Shown in pieces: positions 1-10,283 of a DNA stretch of 64,000 bases. The first letter of the stretch is position 1. Each line of letters opens with the position of its first letter. A program made the translations under genes and the position numbers. The stretch lies in sequence record PP496440.1, one strand, 5' to 3'. The notes under the pieces were generated by a model, which was not told the origin of the DNA, ran no database searches, and saw only the letters and a program-made list of their open reading frames with translations.

Positions 1-11
1 CCGGAGGCTAC

Positions 12-755
12 ATGTCATCCCCGTATGGAAAGACAAGTGGCGGGTCAGACCAACCCGCCACCGCAGGATTCACCGACGAACAGGTGATGGACAGTTTGTT
101 CAACTCGTTCCGGCCTGTTCCGGTCAAATACACGGTGGAAGTAATCTCACCCATATGGCTGCGCACCGAACCGGCTCACCCCTGTCTAGTTCCATGCGTG
201 CCCGTGATCCCGGCGCAGCCACTGGTGGGGGAGTACGAGGAAGCCCCCACAAGCTCGCAGGCGGACGATGAGGAGGATGACCCCGATGATGACCGGTTCA
301 AGCGGCTAGCGCTCGCCTATCCGGGGCTGACGCGCTCGGAACTGGAAGCCATTGAAGGTGAAATCGTTGACGTTCTGGATATCGATGAGGACTTCCGAGA
401 CGAGTTCCTGCGTGACACCCAAGACATGGCGACTAATATCCGGGAATTCCTCTTCAAGCAAATCGCACCGATGGCTGTAGGTTCCAGTATTGCGTTCGAC
501 GAATTCAATCAGGAACTGTCTGCCGTCCTCGGGGACAAGAACGCCACTTCCAATTTCTCCACCGTCAAGCAGATGCTGGAGGACGCCATGACCATGAAGA
601 CTTTCGAGTTCCTGACCGAGCAGCTCAGCCTGTCGCCGGAAAGCTCACGACACGTTCTGTCGGTATTCATGGCGAAGCGCATCTCCCCCGGAGGTAAGGG
701 CCGAAACACGGAGTCCTTGCTCAAGGATCTGCTTAACGCTACCAAAGGCGCATAA
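12..755 (+). CDS. Hypothetical protein upstream of terminase (possible small terminase subunit, unsupported by motif)
   Basis: GGAGG RBS, 247 aa ORF with acidic linker, ends 1 nt before terminase start. Confidence 0.75.
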   Translation: MSSPYGKTSGGSDQPATAGFTDEQVMDSLFNSFRPVPVKYTVEVISPIWLRTEPAHPCLVPCVPVIPAQPLVGEYEEAPTSSQADDEEDDPDDDRFKRLALAYPGLTRSELEAIEGEIVDVLDIDEDFRDEFLRDTQDMATNIREFLFKQIAPMAVGSSIAFDEFNQELSAVLGDKNATSNFSTVKQMLEDAMTMKTFEFLTEQLSLSPESSRHVLSVFMAKRISPGGKGRNTESLLKDLLNATKGA

Positions 756-756
756 C

Positions 757-3138
757 ATGGCAGCCAAACCACCTGACAAGATCTCACGACGTAAGCTACA
801 GGAACTTCTGGATCGGAAAGAGGATCAACTCAAGTCTGATCGCCGATCCAAGAAGATCATCACCAAGCTCACGTCGTTCGAGAAGGCGAAAGCCGAAGCC
901 AGAGACATCACCAAGCCCTATCACAAGGAAGTGACTCTGGACGACATCATGGACCTTCGCGGAATGCTGGGCGGCAATCGCGCCATGGCCCCGTTGGAAG
1001 GTCAGTTCCTGATGACACCGGAGGAAGAACAGATCTCGGAACTGGGACTGTCGGAAACGCTGGATGAGATTTTCTCCAGTGGTATCGGCTTGCCTCCTGA
1101 CTTGAAGATCGATGACCGGGATCTGAAAGCGCTGCCCAACGTGTTCGAGTGGACCACCTCGAAGATGGGCGCGAAGATGAAGCCGTACGCCCGGCAATAC
1201 GAAGTGATGATCAAGTCCTGCTCTGAGTGGTGCCCACCGTGCACCAAGAAGCGCTGGCCGAAACACAAGATGGGTTTCGCGAAATCGTTCCACTACTCGC
1301 CCGCTCTCCCCGTGGATTTTGACGTAGCCAACATTGACGACTACGTTCAGCACTTGGAGAACGGGCGTTGTCCGTGTTGCAAGAAAAGAAAATCGGAGTT
1401 GGTGCGCAGCGGGCAGTTGCCTCTGGTTACCGAACTGGACATGTGTCTGGGTCAACGGGCGGGTAAGTCTGCAACGATCTATTCCCTGATCCCCTACCTC
1501 ATTCACCGTTGGCTCAAGGTTCCTTCGCCGGTACAGGCGCTGGGACTGCTGGACAACACCCTGCTGTCCGGGGTAGTAGTAGCATTGACCTATGCCAAGG
1601 CCACGTCCCTTCTCTGGCAGCCGATCCACAACGCTATCTCGAACACCGGCTGGTTCAAAGAGTACAACGCGCTGTTGAACCACTACCAAGAGTTCTACGG
1701 CGAGGAATTCTTCAAGCTGAAAGACTCGTTCGTGCAGTACGGCCACCGGAACATGATCTTCAGTCCCTCCGGCCCGAACAAGCGTACACTCCGGGGTGAG
1801 ACACGTATCTGGACCGGCACGGACGAAATCGGTTTCTTCTACCATGGCGACGACGGCGACGACAAGGAACGTGCATCGGCCAACGAGGTATACGTATCGC
1901 TGGGTAACTCCCTATTCACGGTTAAGAAGGCAGCGGAAACTGCCTTACTGTCCGGCATGGACGGTATTCCTATGACTCTGATGGCGAACATCTCTTCGCC
2001 ATCGAGCTACAAAGATAAGATCATGTCGCTGATCCGTGAGTTCGAGAACGAGCCTACCGTCGTGACCATGCACTTGCCTACCTGGGAGTTCAACCCCAAG
2101 ACCAGCAAGGGTGACTTCAAGAAGGAATACGCGGCGGATCCCGTCAAGGCAGACCGTGACTTCGGGGCTAACCCGCCTATGTCCGAGAACCCCTACCTTC
2201 CTGACCTCGAACCCATGAAGCGTCAGGTGCTCAAGTCCCAGCGCAATATGGTAGAGTACGAATATAAGCTGATCAAGGCTACCAACGGTGCACCACAGCG
2301 CTATGCCAAGATCAAGCGACTCCGTGAGTTCATGGACAAGGTGCCGAAGCACGTGATGACCATCGACGCCGGGCACAGCAACAACTCCTTCGCCTTGACC
2401 GTTGGTTATCCAGAGATGTACCGAGGGAAGCTTCGTCTGGTGTGCACGGGTGTGGTGGAAGTGGCGCCGACACATGGCCAGAACACTATAAACTTCACCA
2501 AGATCGCCAAGGAAATGATCTACCCATTGATTGAGCACTTCAACGTTGGTCTGGTGGTGACTGATCGCTGGAACTCTTTGAAGCTGCTGCATGACATCGA
2601 AGACGAGTACGGTATCTTCACGTTGCAGTACAGTCTGCGACCAGATGACTTCAACTTTATCTACGACTACTACATGGATGAAGACTTCGCCTATGCCCGT
2701 ATTCCGGTGCCTGAGATTCCCATTGATCAGATCATGGACGTCGATATCGATGAGTACCCGAAGTGCTTCGGTCCCGGCAACAAGACCACGGGCAGGCCAA
2801 TGCCTGTAGCGCACATGATCCATCAGTCGCAAACGGTTCAGGTGAATAGCCGGGGCAGTGTGGACAAAGGCTTGGGTCTGACCGATGACATCTTCCGTGC
2901 GTTCAACTTGCTCACCTATGTCTGCGTGGATGAGGAGTACGTGGAAGAGTACATGCTGCTAACGGGTTCGGTCGCGGGTGAGAAGCGTGCCATTGGCGCC
3001 ATGGCAAGAGGTGGCATGACGCCGGGTAGTCGGGGCAGTGGTGGCAAGGCAATGAGTACCTCCGTCGGCGCAGTCGCGGGGGCAAGCACAGCCTCCGGCA
3101 GCGGCGGGAACGGTGTATTCAGCCGTACGTCCCGCTAA
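757..3138 (+). CDS. terL: Terminase large subunit
   Basis: Walker A GQRAGKS, Walker B WTGTDE, RNase H-like nuclease motif TIDAGHSNNSF and C-terminal DDIF; CxxC...CPCC insert before Walker A. Confidence 0.88.
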   Translation: MAAKPPDKISRRKLQELLDRKEDQLKSDRRSKKIITKLTSFEKAKAEARDITKPYHKEVTLDDIMDLRGMLGGNRAMAPLEGQFLMTPEEEQISELGLSETLDEIFSSGIGLPPDLKIDDRDLKALPNVFEWTTSKMGAKMKPYARQYEVMIKSCSEWCPPCTKKRWPKHKMGFAKSFHYSPALPVDFDVANIDDYVQHLENGRCPCCKKRKSELVRSGQLPLVTELDMCLGQRAGKSATIYSLIPYLIHRWLKVPSPVQALGLLDNTLLSGVVVALTYAKATSLLWQPIHNAISNTGWFKEYNALLNHYQEFYGEEFFKLKDSFVQYGHRNMIFSPSGPNKRTLRGETRIWTGTDEIGFFYHGDDGDDKERASANEVYVSLGNSLFTVKKAAETALLSGMDGIPMTLMANISSPSSYKDKIMSLIREFENEPTVVTMHLPTWEFNPKTSKGDFKKEYAADPVKADRDFGANPPMSENPYLPDLEPMKRQVLKSQRNMVEYEYKLIKATNGAPQRYAKIKRLREFMDKVPKHVMTIDAGHSNNSFALTVGYPEMYRGKLRLVCTGVVEVAPTHGQNTINFTKIAKEMIYPLIEHFNVGLVVTDRWNSLKLLHDIEDEYGIFTLQYSLRPDDFNFIYDYYMDEDFAYARIPVPEIPIDQIMDVDIDEYPKCFGPGNKTTGRPMPVAHMIHQSQTVQVNSRGSVDKGLGLTDDIFRAFNLLTYVCVDEEYVEEYMLLTGSVAGEKRAIGAMARGGMTPGSRGSGGKAMSTSVGAVAGASTASGSGGNGVFSRTSR

Positions 3139-3191
3139 TTCAGACCCTAATTAAAGCCATTAAACGGATAACCCGAGTCGGGAGACCTGAA

Positions 3192-3419
3192 ATGCTGAAC
3201 GTATTCGATTTGATCAAGAGCAAGATGCCTAACGTCCACATCGAAGAAGCACGTGTGGCCGAGGAACGTGAGATGGCTACGGCGGGGCTGAGCAACGATG
3301 ATCCTCTGGTGTGTCCCGTGTGCAAAGAGCGAACCCAACCGATCATGGGAGGCAACAACGTACCCATGCTCATCTGCGAGAAAGACCGTGTAGCCATGCC
3401 TGTCCCTGAAGGGGTCTAA
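3192..3419 (+). CDS. Small Zn-ribbon protein of the head module
   Basis: GGAG RBS, CPVC...C motif, tightly coupled to the next gene. Confidence 0.7.
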   Translation: MLNVFDLIKSKMPNVHIEEARVAEEREMATAGLSNDDPLVCPVCKERTQPIMGGNNVPMLICEKDRVAMPVPEGV

Positions 3420-3420
3420 C

Positions 3421-5235
3421 ATGATCCGAATGAACAACCGCATGCGGTTATCAGACAAGAATGGTCGCATGACGACCATCGCGTCACCGCAGAGCATGAG
3501 TGGCAGCATGGGTGCAGGGGGTCACCCCATGACTCGCGCCATGGGTGGCAACGCGTCCACCCGAGACAGCCTGCTCGACGGCATCCTGAAGCTCGACCCG
3601 GATGTCATGCGTCAGATCTACATGGATATGTACCTGTTCGATCCGACCATCGGCGGTGCCACTGACTTGCTGGCCCAGAGCCCGTGGTCGGACTACGATC
3701 TAGTAGACGCTGAGCCGGATCAACTGGACATCTTCTACCGGTCGATGGAACTGCTGAACTACCGAGAGCTGATGCCGGAGTTCACCATCGACTACCTGAC
3801 GCTGGGCGCTGCCGTAGGTACTCCGCTGTACAGCGTGTCGGAAAAGGCATTCACCGACATCATTCCGCACTCCATCGCCAGTATTCAGGTTCAGGAAGTT
3901 CCACTGTATTCCCAAGACCCTGTGCTGACGCTGCTGGTGCCGGAAGAGATGCGCACGTTCGCGACCAGTCAAGACCCTTATGTGGTTAAGATGCGGCAGC
4001 GCATGACACCGAAGATGGTGGAAGCATTCCGAGCGCAGGAGGTTGCACTTGATCCGGTGACCACGCTGTACGTACCCCGCACTTCGTTCTCGACAGTGCA
4101 GCAAGGCGTATCGCTGTACACCCGCTTGATCCCGATCTACTTGCTCGAACGTCTGCTGTACCGTGGCACGTTGACCGAGGCTACTCGCCGCCAGCGCTCG
4201 ACGTTGCACATTCAAGCCGGTGACGATCTGTGGAACCCGGACGACAACGAGCTGAACAGTCTGGTGCAGCTGTTCCTGCAAGCCGAGCAAGATCCAGTGT
4301 CGGCCATCGTCGCTACCCAGATGAACGTGCAGACTCAGGAGATTCGAGCTGCCGGTGACTTCTGGAAGTGGACGGATAACCTGGAGCAGTTCAACGACAT
4401 CAAGCTGCGAGGCATGGGGATCAACGAATCCTACATGTCAGGTGATGTGACCTACGACAACCTGAGTACCAGTGTTACCATGTTCCAAGAGCAGCAGGAC
4501 TCGCTCCGGGAAATGATGGTACGTAAGACTCTATATACCAAGGTGTTCCCGGTCCTGTCGATCACCCACGACTTCCGCCGCAAGGAAGAGTCGAGTCATG
4601 CTCGCCGCGAGATGGCTACGGCCAAGGCTGCACAGAAGCGTACCCTGAACGATTCGTTCGCGTTCCAGGTGAACGACAAATCGTCGCTGGTCATCCCCAA
4701 AGTGGTGTGGCACAAGAAGCTACGTTCCATGTACACCGAAGGTTCGTTCGACATCCTCGAGAAGCTGTCGGAAGCTGGTCTGCCGGTTACACTCCGGGCA
4801 TGGGCCGCTGCCGGGGGTTACGACCTGGATAGCGCCATGCAGGCAATGGCCGACGACGCCAAGCTGCGGAAGCAGGTGTCAGACTTCAAAGCCGAGAACG
4901 GTATCGACGCCGGTACGGAAAACGACTTCAACCTCGATGGTGATACTGAGCTGTCGATGGTCAGGTCCGCATCCGCGTTGCTGGACAAGGCAATGGGTGG
5001 CCGGGGTATGAAGCCACTTGGTCTGCTGGGCCGTGAGTTCAGTGAGGCGGATTCAGAAGTGGTACGCCATGACCATTCCGGCAAGCGCGTCTGGGTAGTT
5101 GACCAGCACCGAGCCAAACGGGAAGAGAACGACAAGGCAATGAAGGCTTTGAAGCAGTCCTCTGATCCGGACTTCCGTGCCAAGACGATTGCCGCCGTTA
5201 ACCGTAGACAAGGCGCGAGAAAGACTCGCGGCTGA
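3421..5235 (+). CDS. Probable portal protein
   Basis: 604 aa; sits between terminase and prohead protease; YLFDPTIGGATDLL and LYRGTLTEATRRQRSTLHIQAG resemble large-phage portal signatures. Confidence 0.6.
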   Translation: MIRMNNRMRLSDKNGRMTTIASPQSMSGSMGAGGHPMTRAMGGNASTRDSLLDGILKLDPDVMRQIYMDMYLFDPTIGGATDLLAQSPWSDYDLVDAEPDQLDIFYRSMELLNYRELMPEFTIDYLTLGAAVGTPLYSVSEKAFTDIIPHSIASIQVQEVPLYSQDPVLTLLVPEEMRTFATSQDPYVVKMRQRMTPKMVEAFRAQEVALDPVTTLYVPRTSFSTVQQGVSLYTRLIPIYLLERLLYRGTLTEATRRQRSTLHIQAGDDLWNPDDNELNSLVQLFLQAEQDPVSAIVATQMNVQTQEIRAAGDFWKWTDNLEQFNDIKLRGMGINESYMSGDVTYDNLSTSVTMFQEQQDSLREMMVRKTLYTKVFPVLSITHDFRRKEESSHARREMATAKAAQKRTLNDSFAFQVNDKSSLVIPKVVWHKKLRSMYTEGSFDILEKLSEAGLPVTLRAWAAAGGYDLDSAMQAMADDAKLRKQVSDFKAENGIDAGTENDFNLDGDTELSMVRSASALLDKAMGGRGMKPLGLLGREFSEADSEVVRHDHSGKRVWVVDQHRAKREENDKAMKALKQSSDPDFRAKTIAAVNRRQGARKTRG

Positions 5236-5259
5236 CAATTATATAACTGGAGAGCATAC

Positions 5260-7452
5260 ATGAAACACAATCCACAAGTCACGCGCCTTTCCGCCTTGGC
5301 TGCTGCCGGTATCAACGTCAAGTCAGGCTCGCCGGTAGATGTCGTGCACCAGCACACTCGCACTCTGGGCAACAACATCGACAAGTTGAGCACGCCTCGT
5401 CAGTGGGCCATTGCTCATCTGATGAACGAAGCGGCCGACCTGCTGGTTGTAGAAACTGGCAGCCTTCAAGACGACTACATCGACTACTTCAAAGGTGCAC
5501 TGGAGAAGTTCGGTGTGTCCTCCCCGGCGGAATTGACCCAAGAGAAGGCTTCCGAGTTCTTCAACTGGATAAGTGCCAACTGGAAGAAAGGTGAAGGCCC
5601 GAAAGAAACGGCAGGCACCTTCAACTCCGACAAGTCTCGTCGTATCCTTCGTGATCAGCTTACGGCGGTATTGAGTCTCCCCGGCTCGAAACGTAAGTCT
5701 TTTGTGGCGCAAGTACTCAAGACGGCCAAAGCTGAAGGCACTACTATCCCCGAGCCTCAGATGTATGATGATCGCGGGCTCACTGCGTGGATGAACTCGA
5801 AAGTAACTGATCTTCAGCTCACTCAAGATGTACTCACCGACATGGGTGTACTGAAGTGGGCAGAAGAGTCGGAAGCCAACGTCGAGACTGCCGCCCCTAC
5901 TGAGCTGCGCAAGTCTCTGGACAAACTCCTACCCGTACTCAAGAAGGCATGGCCCGCTGGCGCGGACATGGACGAGATGGAGGGTTACATCTCGCTGTCC
6001 GAACTGGATGGGGATAGCCCTGACGAAGCTGGCGCCGACGCTTTCAGCAAGCTCAAAGGCGTGACCAAATGGAAGAAGATGAAGGGCAGTGGTCACTCTT
6101 ATGATCGCTGGTCGTTCACTCTGGCCGGTGTTGATGCCGAAGTCGAGTTCGACGAAGACGGTATCGGTTACGTCTGGTTGCCAGCGTCGTTCTATCCGGA
6201 GCAGGCCAGCGTAGAAACTGCCCGCACCCAGATGGATATCTTGGCCACCCGTGTGAGCGACGCCAAGTACGCTCTGTCCATCGCCAAAACGCCGGAAGCC
6301 AAGGCTAAGGCTAAGGACCGACTGACCAAGGCTAAAGCTGCCCAGTTGGCTTTCCGTAGAAAGAGCAAGGCTACGGCGGAAGTAGAAACCGCCAGCCAGT
6401 TCTCTTTCGTCAAAGTCACCCAGAACGGTAACACGTATCGTCTGGAAGCGTCGGACACCGGTAACTTCAAATCCGTCATGATCTGGAAAGGCGGCATGTG
6501 GACGAAGCCAGGTCCGGACGAAGCGTTCAAGGAGAAAGAGCCACACCGCATGCTGGGCGCCCTGCGCACGCCCAACGGTGCAGAACTGGCTACCCTCAAC
6601 CTGCCGGAAACCCCAGTGGCAAGCATGGAAGAGATGGCCGAGCTGTTCGGCGCCATGGGTATCGAAGAGAGCGAGATCCGTCGCTTCTACGGCGGTGGCC
6701 CAGAGTGGAATGATCGCAGCGTCTACGATGGCAACATCCCGAGCGTATCCCCCACTAATCTGGGTGTGAACCCGACGTACGCCTACACCGACATGCACCC
6801 GCTGCGTGCCTATGAGGCGGAAGACACCATCCGTATCAACGGCCTTGACGCCACGTTGCAATCCATCGACAACGGGCAGGCTGTGTTCACAGTTGACGGC
6901 GTAGATACTACCACGGTGCCGCTGGACAACATCGTGGTCGCTGAAGGTGAAGCCTCGGTAGTAGCCACTGCCATGGTATCTCATCGCGTACTGGTCACTG
7001 CCGGTCACGAAGACCTGACTCAGTACAAGTCGCTGCGTCACGACTTCGAGGCTGTTACTGCGAACCACCAAGAGCTGTCGCAAGTCAAGGTAGGCCCGGC
7101 ACTGCAAACCCTCGCCAAGGCGGGTAACCGTCGCGCTCTGGTACTGGCCCACGCCGGTGTGCAGCGTATCAACGAAGGTCATGCACTGCTCAAAGCCTCC
7201 ATCGGCTACGGCAAGGAAGCGGCGACCGCCAGTGTCATCACAGAGCTGGCCGATCTGAACAACTTGTGTGGCAAGGATCAAGTGTCGGCACAAGACGTGA
7301 TCGACTCCGCGCCAGTGGTCACTCATCTGAAGCAGGGGGAGTTCAAGGCAGACATGCCGGACGTGGTTGACTCTTCGGACTTCGAGCTGAACGATCCGCA
7401 AGCCGAACAGGCGTCCACGCGCAAGAGCCGCTTCCCAAGCCGCAAGCGCTAA
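5260..7452 (+). CDS. Modular head/virion protein (putative protease-processed polyprotein)
   Basis: 730 aa in head module; repeated VETA/xxTA motifs between modules; one module shared with 10284..11969. Confidence 0.7.
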   Translation: MKHNPQVTRLSALAAAGINVKSGSPVDVVHQHTRTLGNNIDKLSTPRQWAIAHLMNEAADLLVVETGSLQDDYIDYFKGALEKFGVSSPAELTQEKASEFFNWISANWKKGEGPKETAGTFNSDKSRRILRDQLTAVLSLPGSKRKSFVAQVLKTAKAEGTTIPEPQMYDDRGLTAWMNSKVTDLQLTQDVLTDMGVLKWAEESEANVETAAPTELRKSLDKLLPVLKKAWPAGADMDEMEGYISLSELDGDSPDEAGADAFSKLKGVTKWKKMKGSGHSYDRWSFTLAGVDAEVEFDEDGIGYVWLPASFYPEQASVETARTQMDILATRVSDAKYALSIAKTPEAKAKAKDRLTKAKAAQLAFRRKSKATAEVETASQFSFVKVTQNGNTYRLEASDTGNFKSVMIWKGGMWTKPGPDEAFKEKEPHRMLGALRTPNGAELATLNLPETPVASMEEMAELFGAMGIEESEIRRFYGGGPEWNDRSVYDGNIPSVSPTNLGVNPTYAYTDMHPLRAYEAEDTIRINGLDATLQSIDNGQAVFTVDGVDTTTVPLDNIVVAEGEASVVATAMVSHRVLVTAGHEDLTQYKSLRHDFEAVTANHQELSQVKVGPALQTLAKAGNRRALVLAHAGVQRINEGHALLKASIGYGKEAATASVITELADLNNLCGKDQVSAQDVIDSAPVVTHLKQGEFKADMPDVVDSSDFELNDPQAEQASTRKSRFPSRKR

Positions 7453-7463
7453 TAATCTGGACA

Positions 7464-7483
7464 GGGGGATCGCAAGGTCCCCT
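7464..7483 (+). repeat. GCAA-tetraloop hairpin repeat, copy 1
   Basis: GGGGGATCGCAAGGTCCCCT; near-identical copies at 13558-13573 and 47711-47730; no U tract. Confidence 0.75.
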
Positions 7484-7499
7484 CATCAGGAACTTGACT

Positions 7500-9149
7500 A
7501 TGACTATCAAGAGTGCTACGTTTGCGGAAGCTGAATCGCAAGCTCAAGGCCTAGCCAACTCCATGGGATGGCCGGGGGAGGTAATGGACAACGGTGACGG
7601 CACTGTCACTCTGTCGCCACCCGACGCATGGGACGATGAAGAGAACCCCGGCAAGGTGGCAGCGTCCAAGCTGACCGGTAACAAGGACTGTCACGTCTTC
7701 GCCAGTATGGCGGTACCCAGTGAAGGTGAGTGGATGGCGGTAGTCATTCAAGGTACACCGGCGCTGGTACTCATCGACCAAGGATCTGGTGAAGGCTGGT
7801 TGACCCTTCAGGCCCCTGCGGACTTCGATGTTCCGGAGAGCGTGCTGATTCCTTTCCAACAACGCCTGACCCAAACGGAAACCGCTTCAATGAAGAAGAC
7901 TATCGTGTTGGCTAACGTCTCCAGCGACCCGGCCACTCCTGATTATCAGGAAGCCTCGATCACTGGTGTTACGCCGGAAGGTCACATCTCAGTAGCGTTC
8001 GCTGACGGTGACATCGGTGTGTACCAAGGTAAGTTCGACCCTGCTGGTCTGATGCCAATCGCGGAAGCGGCAGGCGTTGAAGTTGCCAGCTTCAAACACC
8101 ACACCATGGTTCTGGCCAACGTTGGCACTGCGGCAGCACCTGAATACGCCGAAGCTGAGGTGGTTGGTTCCACTGAGGAAGGCCATCTGGAAGTCGCGTT
8201 CGCTGATGGTGACGTGGGCATCTACCGTTCCTTGTTCCACCCTACCGGTATCTTGCCGCTGGGTGTGACTGCCGAGACGGCCAGTGTGCTCATCGAGGTA
8301 GCTGCACGTACGGCAATGAGCCCGGAGCAGAAGCTCAAGCGTGCTGAGGACCTGCTCAAGCTGCGCACACTGCACGACAAGTACGAGACCAACACCGACG
8401 CCCTGAAAGGCAAGAAAGGTCCGGAGAACAAAGCCAAGCGGGACAAGAACAACGCTGACAAGGCCAAACTCCGTGCCAAGCTGGACAAGATGGGTGTCAC
8501 GTCCCTGCCGAGCAAAGCTCACCTTCAGCGCACCATCAAGCAGCACAGCGATCTGCCGACCCGTATGCGTGCTGGGGAGAAGAAGCCAGCTACTAAGGTA
8601 CCAACGAATAAGGCAGCACGGGACGCGGCTAAGAAGAAGTATGAGCCCACTAAAAAGGGACCAGCAGCCCCCGCGAAGTCCGAAGGTATGAGTGACAAGG
8701 ATCGTGCCGCGAAGGTTAAAGCCTTGAAAGCCAAGATCGAAGACCTCAAGGGTAGCCACAAGTACAGCATCAACAATCACAGTGCGGCGGCGAAGGAAGA
8801 CAACGCCCAAGTGCTGGACAAGATCCGTGCCGTGGAAGCTGAGATAAAAGCACTTCGCAAGAAACCCGCAGCGAAGAAGCCTAACTCGGTGGCCGTTCTT
8901 CGAGAAGCAGCTTTGGCTTTGGAAGACTATCAAAAGTCTATCAAGGGTAAGAAGCATACCCCAGCTAACAAGTTAAAGCTGGCAGAGCTAAAAGACGCTG
9001 TAGCTGAAGCTAGAAAGGTCGCCCGTGCTGACAACGCCAAGTCTGCAGCACGGGGTAAGGCACAGCACGCGAAGGATAGTGCCAAGCATGCCAAAGGTCA
9101 AAGGGAATTTGATAAAGACGTTAAACTCGGACTGAAGAGCGTTGACTAA
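7500..9149 (+). CDS. Modular head/virion protein with two Tudor/SH3-like repeats and Lys/Ala-rich C-terminal half
   Basis: Internal duplication VLANV...Y.EA.......GH..VAFADGD.G.Y; ETAS/EVAS motifs; AGGA RBS before ATG 7500. Confidence 0.7.
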   Translation: MTIKSATFAEAESQAQGLANSMGWPGEVMDNGDGTVTLSPPDAWDDEENPGKVAASKLTGNKDCHVFASMAVPSEGEWMAVVIQGTPALVLIDQGSGEGWLTLQAPADFDVPESVLIPFQQRLTQTETASMKKTIVLANVSSDPATPDYQEASITGVTPEGHISVAFADGDIGVYQGKFDPAGLMPIAEAAGVEVASFKHHTMVLANVGTAAAPEYAEAEVVGSTEEGHLEVAFADGDVGIYRSLFHPTGILPLGVTAETASVLIEVAARTAMSPEQKLKRAEDLLKLRTLHDKYETNTDALKGKKGPENKAKRDKNNADKAKLRAKLDKMGVTSLPSKAHLQRTIKQHSDLPTRMRAGEKKPATKVPTNKAARDAAKKKYEPTKKGPAAPAKSEGMSDKDRAAKVKALKAKIEDLKGSHKYSINNHSAAAKEDNAQVLDKIRAVEAEIKALRKKPAAKKPNSVAVLREAALALEDYQKSIKGKKHTPANKLKLAELKDAVAEARKVARADNAKSAARGKAQHAKDSAKHAKGQREFDKDVKLGLKSVD

Positions 9150-9171
9150 CCACACCTGACTGGAGCAAGAC

Positions 9172-9933
9172 ATGAACAATGTTTTTGAAATGATTGCCCA
9201 GCAGAACGCCGAGATGAAACCCATCGACGTGCACAAGCTGGTTAAAGGCAAGGATGTAGATCCAAAGCTCAAAGAAATGACCACGGCCAAAGTCGGCATG
9301 CCCGGTTTGGCCCAGGCCATTACGTTCGCGGAGTGGTTGCCGTTCGCGGCCAAGACGTATCACTGCTCGCCGGACCCGAAGGATTACATTCTGGTCCCGA
9401 ACATCGTGATGCCGTCGGAGATCCCCAACCGTAACGGCGTGGGCTTCCCTCTGCAGCAACTGGTACGCTTCAACCCCGAGACTGGTTGCCAAGGCTTCCG
9501 TACGGCAGTCGGCAAGGGTACTTACGCTGACCACCAGAACAACACCGTAGCCCCACTGGCGAAAGGCGTGATCGTGGATTCGTTCATGCGCCCGCTGGAA
9601 GGCTTCAAGGGCGGCGTGTGGAAGTTGCTATTCCTCTTGGCGTACGACCGGTCCAAAGACCAAGCGCTCACCAACGCCATCTTGGCAGGCACTCGTACCA
9701 ACTACAGCATGGGCGCGTACCTGACCAAGTACACGTGCTCGATCTGTGGCCGGGACCGGGGCCAGTGTGTTCACTTGAGCGCACAGAAAGGTTCGGTGAA
9801 CTTCCGCAAGGTAGGGAACCAGCTGGCGTACTCACAGGCATACGAACCTATTTTCTTCGAGACGTCCTCGGTAGAAGATCCGGCTTTCGTATCGTCGATC
9901 ACCGGCGCTGACCACCTGCTTATCACTCGATAA
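9172..9933 (+). CDS. Prohead (maturation) protease
   Basis: YADH His motif, NYSMG Ser motif followed by CSIC, and FFETSSVEDPAF typical of HK97/herpes-fold prohead proteases; located in head module. Confidence 0.75.
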   Translation: MNNVFEMIAQQNAEMKPIDVHKLVKGKDVDPKLKEMTTAKVGMPGLAQAITFAEWLPFAAKTYHCSPDPKDYILVPNIVMPSEIPNRNGVGFPLQQLVRFNPETGCQGFRTAVGKGTYADHQNNTVAPLAKGVIVDSFMRPLEGFKGGVWKLLFLLAYDRSKDQALTNAILAGTRTNYSMGAYLTKYTCSICGRDRGQCVHLSAQKGSVNFRKVGNQLAYSQAYEPIFFETSSVEDPAFVSSITGADHLLITR

Positions 9934-9965
9934 GTGGGAACTCCGTAACAAGTAGAGGTGACATC

Positions 9966-10124
9966 ATGGGTATCACTACCATTCTCCTGATCGTGTTGAT
10001 CGTTCTGCTCGTCTGCGGCTTGCCCGTGTTCCCCTACTCCGCAGGTTGGGGTTATGGTCCATCTGGACTGCTCACGGTGATCGTCGTTATCCTGCTGATC
10101 CTCGTCTTGACCGGACGACTGTGA
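9966..10124 (+). CDS. DUF3309-family small membrane protein (52 aa, not in ORF track)
   Basis: Translated by hand: MGITTILLIVLIVLLVCGLPVFPYSAGWGYGPSGLLTVIVVILLILVLTGRL with the LP.FPYS.GWGYGPSG signature; GAGG RBS. Confidence 0.85.
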   Translation: MGITTILLIVLIVLLVCGLPVFPYSAGWGYGPSGLLTVIVVILLILVLTGRL

Positions 10125-10129
10125 AAACT

Positions 10130-10162
10130 GCCCGCTCTGGCAAACGCTGGGGCGGGCTTTTT
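10130..10162 (+). terminator. Intrinsic terminator ending the head module
   Basis: GCCCGC...GCGGGC stem followed by TTTTT. Confidence 0.8.
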
Positions 10163-10200
10163 CGTTTCCGCCGACGGGAAACAGGCCTAATTAAAAATAG

Positions 10201-10230
10201 TTGCACGGGCTGTTTTGGGTGTGCTATAAT
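10201..10230 (+). promoter_or_regulatory. Sigma70-type early promoter
   Basis: TTGCAC-N18-TATAAT with extended -10 TG; near-duplicate at 47120-47148. Confidence 0.8.
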
Positions 10231-10283
10231 AGCACCATGGCACTATTCAAGCGCCGCCCACTGTCCCAATGAGGAAAGCAACC

